Source of the DNA: the human T2T-CHM13v2.0 reference genome, Homo sapiens
Assembly: GCF_009914755.1 (NCBI RefSeq)
Contig: NC_060940.1
Direction: 5' to 3' (one strand)
Length of the DNA stretch: 64,000 nt
Part shown: piece after piece, positions 1 through 14,300 of the stretch
How the letters are laid out: the number at the start of each line of letters is the position of its first letter
Numbering within the stretch: position 1 is the first letter of the stretch
The notes under the pieces: generated by a model
Databases searched by the model: none
What the model was told of the DNA's origin: nothing
What the model saw: only the letters and a program-made list of their open reading frames with translations
Position numbers and translations under genes: made by a program

Positions 1-543
1 GTATTTTCTGTACTTAGGAACAATGTCAGTGAAGACAAAATACGGATTTTGACAATATAGTTTAGTGGGGTTGATTTTTGAGGCTGAAATATTAAAAGCC
101 AATGTACCTGTGGTAAATTAAAAGGTATATATGTTATCTATCAGTAAAAGAGGAAGTGGCCAGAATATTATTACAAATTACATTCTATTAACAAAGTTTC
201 TTTGCTACCTGTTGATATGAAAAATAAATATTGACCTAATGCCAGAACTTTACAATATGGGTACACCTTTCCCTTTCTGGTTAACAAAGTAGGATGGAAG
301 GTTGTCAAATTCAAAAGCGTGTATGCAATTTGAAGAGTGGGGAAAGTATGAGCACAAACATTGAATTGTTTGTATTATTAATCAACTGAAGTTTATTTCT
401 GTTCATTTCATGTGACTTTTTTGTTTATTAGACCAAAGAGTTTAAGATTTATTATAAAAAAGGTCTTTCCTTTTTTAGGCTTTTAAGTTTTATTTTTGAG
501 AAGTAAAGGCTGTAGAACTGACAAATTTGAATAACCCTAAAAC

Positions 544-1297
<754 letters not shown>

Positions 1298-1619
1298 TAG
1301 TTTTTTTTTTAATTTTACTTTATTATGTTACTCTTATACCGCTGAAAGGTGGATGGCAAACGTGAGACAAAAGAAAGGTTAATCGGAAAGTGTTTTTTTG
1401 TTGTTATTTTCCATGTTTTATAATCAATGGGTGCAGTAGGTTCCAAAGAATAGACAGTATTGCAAACCAAACAAAATACAGAACAGTTTCTTTTTCTTTT
1501 TCTTTCCACTTCAGGGTTGAAGAGGGATCCACAGTGGTTGGCAAATTAAACCAAATTGGGAAAGCAAAAAAGATTGTTTTTTTGTTTGTTTTTTTTGTTT
1601 GTTTGTTTGTTTTTTGTGG

Positions 1620-1662
1620 AAAAAAAAAAACGAGAGGTTTAAAACCTCTCGTTTTTTTTTTT
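1620..1662. repeat. Near-perfect 21-bp inverted repeat (hairpin/cruciform)
   Basis: A11-CGAGAGGTTT-a-AAACCTCTCG-T11. Confidence 0.9.
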
Positions 1663-2472
1663 TTAAGAAGCCAGTTTGAATTTCTGTATTCTTTTGATAA
1701 CAAAGTGAATAACCAAACAGGATTTCCTGTTCAATATCTGGCCCCTGTTCACTGAAAGCATAAATACCAAAATACTGACATTCAGAGTCTGCTATTTGTC
1801 CCACTGGGATCTCCCGCAACATAGCCACAGGGTCATATTTGTTAATTTTTTTTTTAATACCAGTTACAAATGCTTTAGTCTTTGGAGTAAGATGTTGCAT
1901 ATTTTGCCTTTCATTTTCCCCTTCGACGATAACGCTTAGGCCCCTCACCAAACTCTCAGTAACCATGGTAACTGTATACAAACCCATGCTGGCGATGGTG
2001 GTGAATGGTAAGTGGTGAAGTCCATCTGCCGTTTCACGTATTTAGTGCTGATATATCTATATACATATATATATATACCACGTGAATTTTTTTGACTTGT
2101 CGTATTAAGTTTTCTTGATGCTCTATTTTTTTGGATATTGGTACGCCTGTAATTGAGTGTACGTTCTAAGCTAGCCTGGGAGGCACTGACTGGATTGAGT
2201 TATGACCGGTGCACATCTTACTCAGATTGTTAACTCCATATTGTGTTAAACAATGCACCCTCTCTTTTATCCTTTTGTTAGCTGTGACGTTAAAGCTTGA
2301 ATGATTTTGTTAATTCTTGCGATGTAAAAGGCTCTTGTTCCAAGTGTTGAATGCTAGATGTTGCTTTCCTGATGGTTCTTTCCTCCTAAAGTGTTGCACA
2401 CGGCTAAGACTTGTTTGTCCCTTTTTTTGACATTTATGTTCCCTTGTACCTTGTCTCTTCTCTCTTCTCCAC

Positions 2473-2794
2473 TGCATGCTCCTTCATATGAATTTTATTT
2501 TATGTTTAAAAAATATTTCTTGTTTCTGTGTTACCATGGAGTACACGCATGCTTTTAAATCTTCAATTATGCAGAATCTTTTAATTTGCTTTTACTGTCC
2601 CTTTATTAAACACTCTTAATGATATGACATTGCTTTATTGAAATGATTTGTAAGTTAAACGGTTATGAAGTAAATGTAATTTTAAAAATGTATGATTTTG
2701 TTATGCACCTACTGCCTTTTATAAATTAAAATGCATTTTACTTTTTAGTTTTCTTTTTTAATAAGTAATCACGGTCATAATGCATGCAACTAAT
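2473..2794 (+). promoter_or_regulatory. RBFOX motifs plus ACTAAT (branch point/QKI-like) upstream of the 61-nt exon
   Basis: TGCATG 2473-2478, GCATG 2547-2551, TGCATG 2781-2786, ACTAAT 2789-2794. Confidence 0.65.
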
Positions 2795-2849
2795 TGAATT
2801 GGGAGCTGGCCCTAGAATATGTGCTTACTTGAGTTTTCTATGTACATAG

Positions 2850-2910
2850 GTAAATAATGCCACAGCACGTGTAATGACAAATAAAAAGACCGTCAACCCT
2901 TATACAAATG
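2850..2910 (+). CDS. RBFOX1: RBFOX1 coding exon, 61 nt (VNNATARVMTNKKTVNPYTN-G), end of RRM
   Basis: tacatAG acceptor, ATG|GTAAGT donor; phase 0 to 1; continues the RRM in frame from 1135. Confidence 0.97.
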
Positions 2911-5118
2911 GTAAGTAGAGATTGGCCTTTTACAAGAAATTCTCTCTACTTCTGACTCTTTAAGTAATTTAACCAGAGATTCTATTACAACAAGCTGTGT
3001 TTGCCTGGGCATTGACACTGTGTTTTTACTACTGACCTGCTACAGTGAACCACCTACATCAATAAGATCATTTTCACAACAAAGGCAAATGGAGTGTTCA
3101 GGTTAAGTGTGCCTGCCCTTCTTCCCTTCTTTCTAGAATAACTCTGTTTGGGATTGAGATGCACTAATTATTTGGAAATTAGTTTGCTAATTTCATTGGT
3201 TATTTCAGTAAGTTGAGGGGAGAATTGGAAGTTTAGTTTGTTTGCTTTTCAATCCCATCTGCTCGTTGATTACTAATCATTCCTGGACGTGCAGTCACGT
3301 AATTTATTCTGTCTTTGAGTCTTCTCCAGAGAGATTAGTCATTTGAAGTGGTTTAGAGGATACCTCATGTCTGAATTCCACAGGGTTAGCAGAATGTGTG
3401 AGTGGGTTATTTGTTCTTCTCTGGGCTGCTCAGTGTTATTTTGGGCTAGTTGAGAATGTTGCTTTGTATTACAGACCCCATCAGGACAATGCAATTTCTG
3501 TTTTTATCAATAAAACTTCTGAAAACTCCTCCTAAAAAGCATTCACATATGAGTTATTAAAAATGTTTGAACATTTTGATTCTTTAATTCCTCTCAAAAT
3601 AAGTATCTCTTAAGATATATGGGGAAGAAACCTGCCACTGTGTTAATCACATACTTAATTGTACCAAAAATTAAAGCAATGCAGTAAGTTAAAGTATATA
3701 CACATGGTAGAATATTATACCCATTAAAATGAGCAGGATAAGGACCATAAAGGGTCTCATAATTAAAAAATTGACATAAATGTTTGTCGCATAACTTTAG
3801 ATAAATGATGATAATATGCCAGAATGCTAATGGTTGTGCTGAATTGTGAGACTGGCAAACATTTTTTCTTTGATTCAGGTTCATAAAAATAGTATAACTT
3901 TATTACATCAAAAGGAGATATGTGGAATTTTATACTTCTAAAGTTTTAATTGCACATGGAGATACGGATTTTTTAAAGTAAAAAAAAAATTAAAAGAAAC
4001 GTTAAAGACAAGTCTAAAATATATTTTAAATAACCCCATTGCCACCCTGGTTTCCTACCTCCCCCCTCACAGGAAGCCGCTATTACAGATTGTTGTCTAT
4101 AGTTTTATTTTGCGTATTCATGCCTATATATGTAGTAGATGTTCATTTATAGTATTCATAGTGTTGTATACATTTTTATGTGAATGATATAAGGATACAC
4201 CTGGCATTTTTAATTGGGTTTTTTAATAAATCTATATAGAGTTCCTTTAATTTAATATATACAGATTAGACTAATTCATTTCAGTGGTTATGTAATATTA
4301 CACAAAACAGATAAATAGGTTCAGTCAGAACTAAATACTGATTGTTTATCACAATAAAAGAAAACAATGATCTAGCAATGTATTATCATTTGGTAGTTTT
4401 GATTTTCCTGTTTCTTTTGCCAGTGACTACCAATTTGACAGTCAGTTTGCTCTTAATTTTAAAAGGGGCATCATTCAACAGGGACATACCGTCTATATAA
4501 TAGGGCTCTAAGTTGAAAGACCAGAAGAATTACCTATTCTGCTATTTTTCTCAGCTTTGTCAACCAAGACATGCCCTTAAATGGTATAGACTATTTTCAC
4601 ACCAGACTTTAAATGCCCAGTGCTGAACTGAAGCAAACCTCTGATTTATATGTCATACAGCCTTTCCAGTTGGGTAAAAGTAATGACTCTGAAACTTGCC
4701 AGATTTCATATATGGTGACATCAACCTGACGGTTGGGCATAGTCTTTAATTATGAAGTTGCACTGGTGCCCAGGCACATGTGTGCTTGTCTACATATGAC
4801 TAGCTGCTCATGTGTGCTGAGTGAGAAACTGGAGCGAGAAAAGCCAAATATTTCATAAGCCATGTGCATGTATATTTATTTTAAAAGAGTTATTGATCAA
4901 TTTTATGACCAGGGACTGAAAACTAGACCTGTAGGATTTTTTTAACACAATTCAAAGCCCATTTATAAATAACTAGCCTTTCTGGAATATGAGGTATGCA
5001 TTATGTGAGGCATTTTAAGTGCACTGGACACAAATGAAGTCCTATAAAGAGGACATCATTATCCCTATTTTAGAGGTGCAACATTGAGGCTAGAGAAGAT
5101 GAAGAAATTAATTAAGAC

Positions 5119-5425
<307 letters not shown>

Positions 5426-8189
5426 TGAAGTAACAAAATCTTGTGACCATGCCTGTGTGTATCAGGCATCGCTTTCCCTTTGTCTTCTTGTAGAAATGCA
5501 CTCAAGTGGCAACCAACTACAATAACAAAAAAATTATTAAATGTGCAACCTCGTGTTCCTGCCAGATTTTGGCATGCACATCCCATGTCCCATTCCAGGT
5601 AGCCATGCACTCAGTTTCCAGGAATAAGTCAGTCATATGGGTCTGTCATCCACGTACCTGCAAAAGGGAACTCAGAGAATTGTTCCTGTCACACATACTG
5701 TGTATGGCACCTAAGGGGTTGATGGATAGACACAGTAGAATTTATTTAAAACACAAATGTCAATTCTAATTATATAAAGACTTTGGCTTCTGTAGTGAAG
5801 ATTATGGAGAACTTTGGTATTCAAAGAAAAGTAGTTCTCCAAGCTATCCCAAGTTTCAACTCAGGAGTATCACCACTACAGATAAATTCCCTGAAGTGGC
5901 AATACAATATTACTGAAAAAATATAGGGCCCTTTCATATCCTTAATAAGCAAGACGATAGAGTTATGGCAAAAGAGGGTAAGTCGGGACCAATAAAGTCA
6001 CATTGAAATGAGAAAATTAAGCCATCGGTGAGGTTCACTCATTAGCTACATAATTCATTCTCACAAAGCATAGAAATTGTACTTCAGCAAAATTATAAAT
6101 TACTGGAGCTATCAAAGTTTCAGGTCATCTCCAGGTGATGAAATATAGTTATCAATGCCAGCATCACCTTCATGCATTACTTCAATCATGTATCCAGAAA
6201 AACTTTTAGCAGCTGCAAAGTTTCCAGTGATAAATAAGACTGAATTCTAAATGTGTTGAGATACCTGTCCATTATAGAGGGTTACAGTTAATAACATGGA
6301 GGGTGTTGATACTATTCTCAGGATATTTAAACAATGACATAATGAAAAGCTGTAGAATGAGCCGTAGGCTTCTGGACATTCTATTAAAAAGTTCCACAAA
6401 GAGGGGATTGGACTATTTCTCTATTGCTATTTCTCCCAAGGACACCTACCCACACGGAGGAGTTGGGGTTTGCTGTGTTCTTTGGGGATCAAATGTTGGA
6501 TCTGCAATACAAGATTGAGAGCTGAATTCACAAGGATTTCCTGGATGCTGGGGAAGCATGGGTGCTAGACATGGCTTTTTCATTTTCTTAGAGATGTTAG
6601 GAAGGATGAAAATGGGGCAAACATATTCAACGCTCCAGAGAGAGGCATACTTTGTTGCCAGGATCAGTTCTTCCATTCACTGGCTCTTGAATTGTAGGAA
6701 GTTGTTTAAACTCTCCATGTGCCAGCTCTCTAGTGGGAACTGTACAAATGATGGGAACTACATCACAGTTCTTTGTGATAATTATGAGAGAAAGTGCTCA
6801 ACACAATGCTAGGTATGCAAAGTGGCCTAAAAGATTATTTTTACTACTATTTATAGCGCAGTAGTATTTGATTACACATAGTTTCAATATTAAGTCATCA
6901 TATTATTCCTTTATTGTCATGGGTAGTTGAATTCCCTGAGAGATACTAGTTTAAGGATCAATTCTTCAGATGCTAAAAGGGGCTGAACAGGTAAAATCAG
7001 CAAACAGACAGTCTTTGAAAAACTCAGTCTTTTGGGACTAGCTATTGTTTTCTTACTGCAGTAAAGCAAAATATTTATCTACGAGGAAAAATCAACACCA
7101 CCACCACCACCACCACGAATTAACAATAAAAGATCTCAAACATTTAATCTCCCTATCAGTCTCACAATGGGGAGCAGTGGTAAATGTGACTAAGTGGGGA
7201 GTTGAATGCAGTAGCCCTTGACCACCTCTAATAAGTCTGTCTGTGAGGCATTCTCAACTTAAAGTTACCATTTCTACCGATGTTTCAAGAGAAATAGAAA
7301 TCCTGTATTTTAGACGGAATTTAAATTTTGGCAATAAATACACGCCGTTAAAGAATATTCAGTGAACCCAAACAAAACACCTTTGTACCCAGTGCGAACC
7401 TCACTTCTTTTTGTTTGGTATTTGAGAGTTGCCACCTGTACCATGTCAGCTGCCAGGTCTCTGACATCCTTAGTATATGTCTTTAGAAAGCATTGACAGG
7501 CAGTTTTTGTAATTCCTGTAGCGTACATAAGGGTGCTCTCTGGAATGCGTTTCTTTGATATGTAACCCAGCAAAGCCTTAAGAGAAAGCCTGTGCTGATG
7601 TTTTTTGTGTACACATTCAGACTTGGCCTTTTAACACCCAATGCAGTCATAGTTAACACTGGAGGTCTTAACCAGCATATTTTAGAAATACTGACACTTG
7701 ACCTTTGACAAGCTAAATTTGGGGAGGGGAGTGCAAATTCAGATGTGGCCCCTTGAGTCCTGGCCACGGAGGGGTCTAAACTGCTTGCGTATCTGATACA
7801 GAGCCAGACCCCAAGACGTCTGTTCTCTGGCTCCATTGCCTTGTTGTGGGGCTGGGGGGGCCCTGGGAGGCTGGGACCAGTGGGCCTTATCAGCCATTCT
7901 CCTTTTGTTGTAAGCCTCATTGTTCAGTTTAATGTCCTTGATCAAAATCTCTGAATTTGCAAGGCCTGGGGACATACACAAACTGCCTAAGAAATTAAAA
8001 AGGGGATCATTTTGTTCATCTTCCTGACAGTGCAGGCTCTTATCTCCAGCAGGGTTATCCCAAGGGTCTCTTTCAGGTACGAGGAGGAGTCACAGGGAAT
8101 GTGGGTTCATTTGCATGTGATTTGCATATATTTACATAAGCCCGCATGAGCTCTGTAAGTCTGAGTGGAGGCGATTTTCAAGGGCTGGA

Positions 8190-8610
8190 TTCTAGACCAA
8201 ATGGACATAACAGACATTTACAGAATACCTTTTCCAACAGCTGCAGAATACATCATCTACTCATCAACACACGGAACATTGTCCAGGATAAGCCACATGT
8301 CAGGCCACCAAACAAGTCTCAACAAATTTTTAAAAAGTCTAAACTATATCAAGTATTTTCTTAGACCATAATAGAATAAAACTAGAAATGAATAGCAAGA
8401 GGAACTTCAGAAACTGTACAAATACATGGAAATTCAACAGTGTGCTCCTGAATGTCCATTGGGTCAGTGAAGGAATTTTAAAAATTCTTGACATAAATTA
8501 AAATGGAAACACGGCATGCCAAAGTCTATGGGATACAGCAAAAGCAGTGCTAATCAAAAAGTGTATAGTAATAAACGCCTACATCAAAAAAGTAATTTCA
8601 ACTAAGCAAC
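8190..8610 (+). mobile_element. Old L1 fragment (ORF2 endonuclease-proximal region)
   Basis: CTAGACCAAATGGACATAACAGACATTTACAGAA... translates to LDQMDITDIYR, typical of L1 ORF2; degenerate. Confidence 0.85.
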
Positions 8611-9339
8611 CGGGACAACAGTCATCCCTAACACGATTCTTCTTTATTTAATGTAGAGTCTATGGAAGGAAGCAGGTCCTTGAAGATTGGAAGGAGACAT
8701 AATCAGAGCCAAAAAAAAATTTGTCTATTAGGAAAAACTATATTCCTTTAGTTTCTTTAGAGAAAAACCAAGTAAATATTTATGGAATGCTTACTTTGCC
8801 AAACAACATTTTAGGTGCTGGAGATTCATGTTGGACAGCAGTCTTGCCTGCTTGACTGTTAATTTTAATGAGGGAGAATGGTTATAAAAGACAAGAGCAA
8901 GCAAAGAAAGAAAGAAGCTAAATCCAGATAGCATTAACGGCAATGCAGAAAATAAAACTGGGAATGGAATCATGGAATCCAAGAGTAACTCTAAGAGGAG
9001 GTGGGAAAGTGACATTAACTGGCATGTTCTGAAAAGACTCCAGAGCCCTAAATAACATGAAGTCGACTTTGTGAAAAGCTAGAGAGTTCTCCAAGAAGAA
9101 GGAGAAGTGGATACAAAGAGACTTTGATATACGGTGGTCTTGGGGGGTTTTATAAAGATGAAAATGGCCAGTGTCACTGTAGCTGGGAGAGACGGGGAAA
9201 GGGAAAAAGGGAAGTGGTACCAAAGAGGTACCAAATAGTTTGGTTAATGGTTAGTGTGTGCTGATTGACTAAGGTAAGACATGTGTGCTTATCCCAAATT
9301 GGGAAGAAGCTATTGAATTCTGAGTATCAGGATGACAAA

Positions 9340-9720
9340 GCTGATGTTTTTTTTAAAAAAATTGCTTTGGTCACCATGACCAGAATGGACAGGGGGAAGG
9401 AGGAGGAAGAGGAGACAGTGAGAATTAGGGCATTTCTGCTGTTGAACTTGTCCAGGCAGAGATAGGAATGCCTTGGTCTGCAGTGGTGGCAATGGAGAAG
9501 AAGGGAAGGACTTTTCAAGTTTTAACCAACAGGATTTTCTAATGGATCACACATGGGGTATGAGGGTAAGAGAAGAATCAAGGAAGTGTTGATGAATTTT
9601 ATTTTGAGCAACCAAGTAGATAGATATGCCATTTGCTAAAGGGAGAAGGACTTGCTGAGTAACAGGTTTCATGAGTGGGGGGAGAAGAGGGAGACTAGAA
9701 ATTGGGTTTTCATTCCCATC
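9340..9720 (-). mobile_element. L2 fragment
   Basis: Purine-rich degenerate L2-like motifs (GGTCTGCAGTGGTGGCAATGGAGA; GCAACCAAGTAGATAGATATGCCATTTGCTAA). Confidence 0.5.
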
Positions 9721-10049
9721 GCAGAGTTCAGAAAGGTCTTTGGTCTCCAACAGTGGGAGTGGAGTAGCCTTGTTTAGAAGGGATCAAGGATGGGAAGAAG
9801 GTTGACACCTGCACTCATGTTCCCATGATGACCCAAGCATTTCATTTTGCAGCACACAGATTCCCAGCTGGTTTCTTGTAGAGGAGACTTTATCAATTAC
9901 CTTTCTCACGATTAATACTTGCAAACATGAGATAGCACAGATCTCCTGATGAAGGAGAGTATCATTTATTTTCTTTATTTTTTTATGAAGAGATTGCCCT
10001 GTGCAGACTTGGCAAACTCATAACTTGCAGAAAGATGGGGAAATAAACA

Positions 10050-10135
10050 GCAGATTATAGGGGGATAGACAGATTATAGATACGTTTATAGATAGATCAG
10101 TAGATAGATGGATAGGTGGGTAGGCAGATGAGATA
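10050..10135. repeat. Degenerate (GATA/TAGA)n simple repeat
   Basis: gatagacagattatagatacg...gatagatcagtagatagatggatag. Confidence 0.6.
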
Positions 10136-11311
10136 AACATGATTTCTAGGTAGCCTCAAATGCCTCTGAGAGATCTGGAATTTTTTGCTTTGTTCTTAGA
10201 AAATGAGAGATCATTGGCAAATTTATAATCTTTAAGAGCTACACCAAAATTCACTGATAAGTATACCTTCAGTGAAAAGGAAAAGGAAGTCTTATATGCA
10301 AAAGAAAGTATTTAAGGTAGTAAGGATATTCAAGAAAGAAGACCTGAGATGCACAGTATGGGAAAGACACCATCTCCACTACCAATAAGAGGTAGGAGCA
10401 TCAGTAGAGTATGAGATGGGTAACAGTGGAAAGATGAAGAGTGATCACTTAATAATTATTCATTTAATATGACCCCATATAGAGTTTACAAATTCTAGGT
10501 TTCTGTGAAAAACTAGAAAGAAAGAACATTAAATATGTCTGCAGCTTTATTTTCAACTAGTTTTTTGTACTTTTTCTTAGACTCCAAGTTGAAATGTAGA
10601 TATTAATTCCCATATCCTCAGGAATTAGACTTTTTTTTAAAAAAAGGAAGCAGTGGAATTTCAGTTGATCAAAATGAAGTCATTTCCATACTCATAAAAC
10701 ACATTCTGAAATGTCTGAACTAATATTTATTTTTACGTCACTATAGAAATTCTTATAAGGCAAGATGTGATTAATACAAGAGAAGAGGGTGTCAGTATGA
10801 AATTTCAGAAACCGCTAGGGCAGTAGGTCTCAGAATTTCATGTTTCTTTCTGTCACTCTAAAAAGGGGGCCCAGGAATTAAATATGCCTCCCAGGTAATA
10901 GAAGTATAACACTTTGAGAATCTCTATTCTGAGATCATCCCGGGGGCTGTAAACCACCTAGCTTCTTCAGGTTGGAACTGAAAGTTCTTAGAAAACATTC
11001 TTATCAAGTTTTAGAAAGTTCTGGATTTCGATAGACATACTGGCCTGTCTGTTGAGTTAGTGAGCCTCTGTTTTCCTTAGTGGATGTTAAGAACACCTCT
11101 GGGCTATTCTTAGTTCGGGCAGAAAATCACACCTCTCTCTTCTCGGCAAACCTCAGAAAGTTCTTACTGTCAAAAATACCTTCCTTCACATTCAAACTTT
11201 AATCATTGCCTTCTCTCAAAAACATTTATTAAAGGACCTTTGGTATTTGGCCTTCTGCTCAAGGACTCAGAGCAAAGGACTACACACCTTACCCTCCTCT
11301 GTCTTTCAAGG

Positions 11312-11891
<580 letters not shown>

Positions 11892-12754
11892 CGCACGGAT
11901 GCTTTTATGAAGACTTAGCCAGCAGGAGCAGGAAACAATAACAAAACCCTAAAACGTGATCAGTCTCTGGAAATTGTTCCCCTAAATAATGCCCAGCATA
12001 TATGTAATGTGCTTTCCAATTTGAGAATATTCTTGTATGCTCTTTTTTTGTGAGTAAAGATTTCTAAAGGGTCAGGATTCATTTTACAAAAAACTCTCCA
12101 TCCAGAACATTTGGAAAATTACAGGATTCCATTAATCATATATACAGATTATTTGAAAGTTACCTTAGATATCATACATTGATTAAGAATTTTTTACAGT
12201 TCCTGAATGCATCAAAATGTAGGCCACAGTAAATCTCTAGGGGATAAAATATCATTTTCTTTGGTTTTTATGAAGCACTTTGGAATTCTCTAGTATCTCG
12301 AGGTTATAATTTGGAATGACAATTGTTAGAATATATTGCTGCCAAGAATTTTGTTTATGCAAGCTTTCTAATTTTTGTGAACTTAATGCAGAGGGGTGTG
12401 ATGGATTATCTAGCAGTGATATATAAAATAAGAAAAAATTGAAATTATTATAGTAGTTCTAAAAAATATTGATGGAGTAGAAAATTAATTACCATGTCAT
12501 TTTCAAAGGGTTCACTTGTGGCTGGTCAGTAGTTTCCATTCCATTAACTTGCACTGGCAGAAAATCAAAGAAGGGCATAAATATATTTTCTTATGTGTGG
12601 TTTTTAAGTATTTTTATGCATGCCCAAACGACACCTCCTTTACATTTTAAAATACAAAATGAGATACTTTAACCCATTTGATTTGTGATTCATTTGCAAT
12701 TATATAAGATGTTGAATCAAATGTGATAATAATGTTTTTGTGTATTTGTTTTAA

Positions 12755-12850
<96 letters not shown>

Positions 12851-14089
12851 TAAATGTGCTTTGCCTGCCAAGAATGAATGAGTTTTGTAAAATAACCTGA
12901 AGCAAGTGAATTCCTATCCTAACAAGTTCTGAATGATTTCTTTGGGCAAAATCAAGAGTGCTTAAAACAGTTTAAAAATTACAAGGGAATCGTCTAAGTT
13001 TCATGGTTGGGGGATCAGCGTGGAGCCACTGCTCCTTAGGACAATTCACATTGATTTTGCCCTAAAAAAAGCATTGTGACTTTGTTCAATAGTGTATTGA
13101 ACAAATGGAGAGCTGCTCACACCCATTGTATTTCAATGTGCCTGAATGTGTGTTTTAGCCATACATTTCCATTTGGGGTTGGCATTTTCTTTTTCCTGGC
13201 AAAGCAGAGAGTCGAGTTGGCTTAATTATTCCAATAATGTGGGAGTGATTTAGAATTGCCAAGGGAAGGCCTTTTTCGATAACTAAAAAGTTGTCCGTCT
13301 TCGTTCATTAATCAAATTCCCTTAGCAATTCCTTTTCTCTCTACTTTGCCTTCCAGAATATGTCTCTCTCCTCACCCCTTCCCTGCCTAAGCACCAATTA
13401 CCTCTCAGCTGGGAAATCCATTCTCTTAGAAATTTTGGGAGAGCATAACCCAGAAGCAGTAGTGGCTGAGATTTCATGTCTCGATGTCCTCGGCTTGGCC
13501 CGTCACTACTGCCTGTATGTCTCCTTGCTCTTGAACAAGGCTGCATTGAATACCTAGGACCTTAGTAGGTTTGCCACATGGCTATTTAAAAGAAGTCTTT
13601 CTTTGATGTGGCTCTTGCTTTTTAATAAGGAGAAATAAATAATCCGTTGATCTAGAGCCACTCCCTTAGTAACCTCTTGACGGTAAGTCATACCCCTTGC
13701 TTTGTTTCTTCCTGGGCTGCCTAACTTTTGTCATTTTCCTAATACTGAACACTGACCCTTGTAGATGAGAAAGGAACACAGAAAACTTAGCTACTCTGGC
13801 ACAACAACCAGTCTGACAAAATTTAAGTTAAAAATCTGGTAAATCTGGAAAGGCTCAACAGGATAACTGATTCCTGGATTTTACGTAGGCGATGTTTGGA
13901 GTTGTTCTTCATGTATGAGTTTTACCGGGAGCCTGGGTTAAGTCCAGGGATTCTAACACTGCAAAATAGCTGTGTTCACTCTTGTGGGGGAAGAGACTTA
14001 GCCGTCAGGCTTTCCATGATCATATTGCAAACCCTACCACCTGAGAAGACACCTCTGCTGAGTAAGGAACATGGAAACCATGCCTACAC

Positions 14090-14300
14090 AGCTCGGGTTC
14101 AAATTCTGCCTCCCCTACTCACCAGCAGTGTGACTCTGGGCAAGTTACTTAACCTCTCTGTGCCTCAGTTTCCTCATCTATTAAATGGAGATGATAGTAA
14201 CAAACTCATAGTAATTTATTAGAATTAAATGGGTTAATATATGAAGAGTGGTGTGTAGCCAGCACCGTGTAAACATTTAGTAAACAAAAATGAATATGTT
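14090..14300 (+). mobile_element. MIR
   Basis: GGGCAAGTTACTTAACCTCTCTGTGCCTCAGTTTCCTCATCT MIR core. Confidence 0.88.

Noticed and set aside
1620-1664. Bidirectional rho-independent terminator
   Set aside because: The shape fits, but the DNA is a primate intron; kept only as a hairpin.
1390-1987. Overlapping 99-158 aa ORFs on both strands
   Set aside because: Low-complexity F/K-rich translations of T/A tracts with no recognisable domain.
6847-6856. MEF2 site CTATTTATAG (also TTAAAAATAG at 18002-18011)
   Set aside because: Isolated AT-rich 10-mers are expected by chance; the first lies in a MIR tail.
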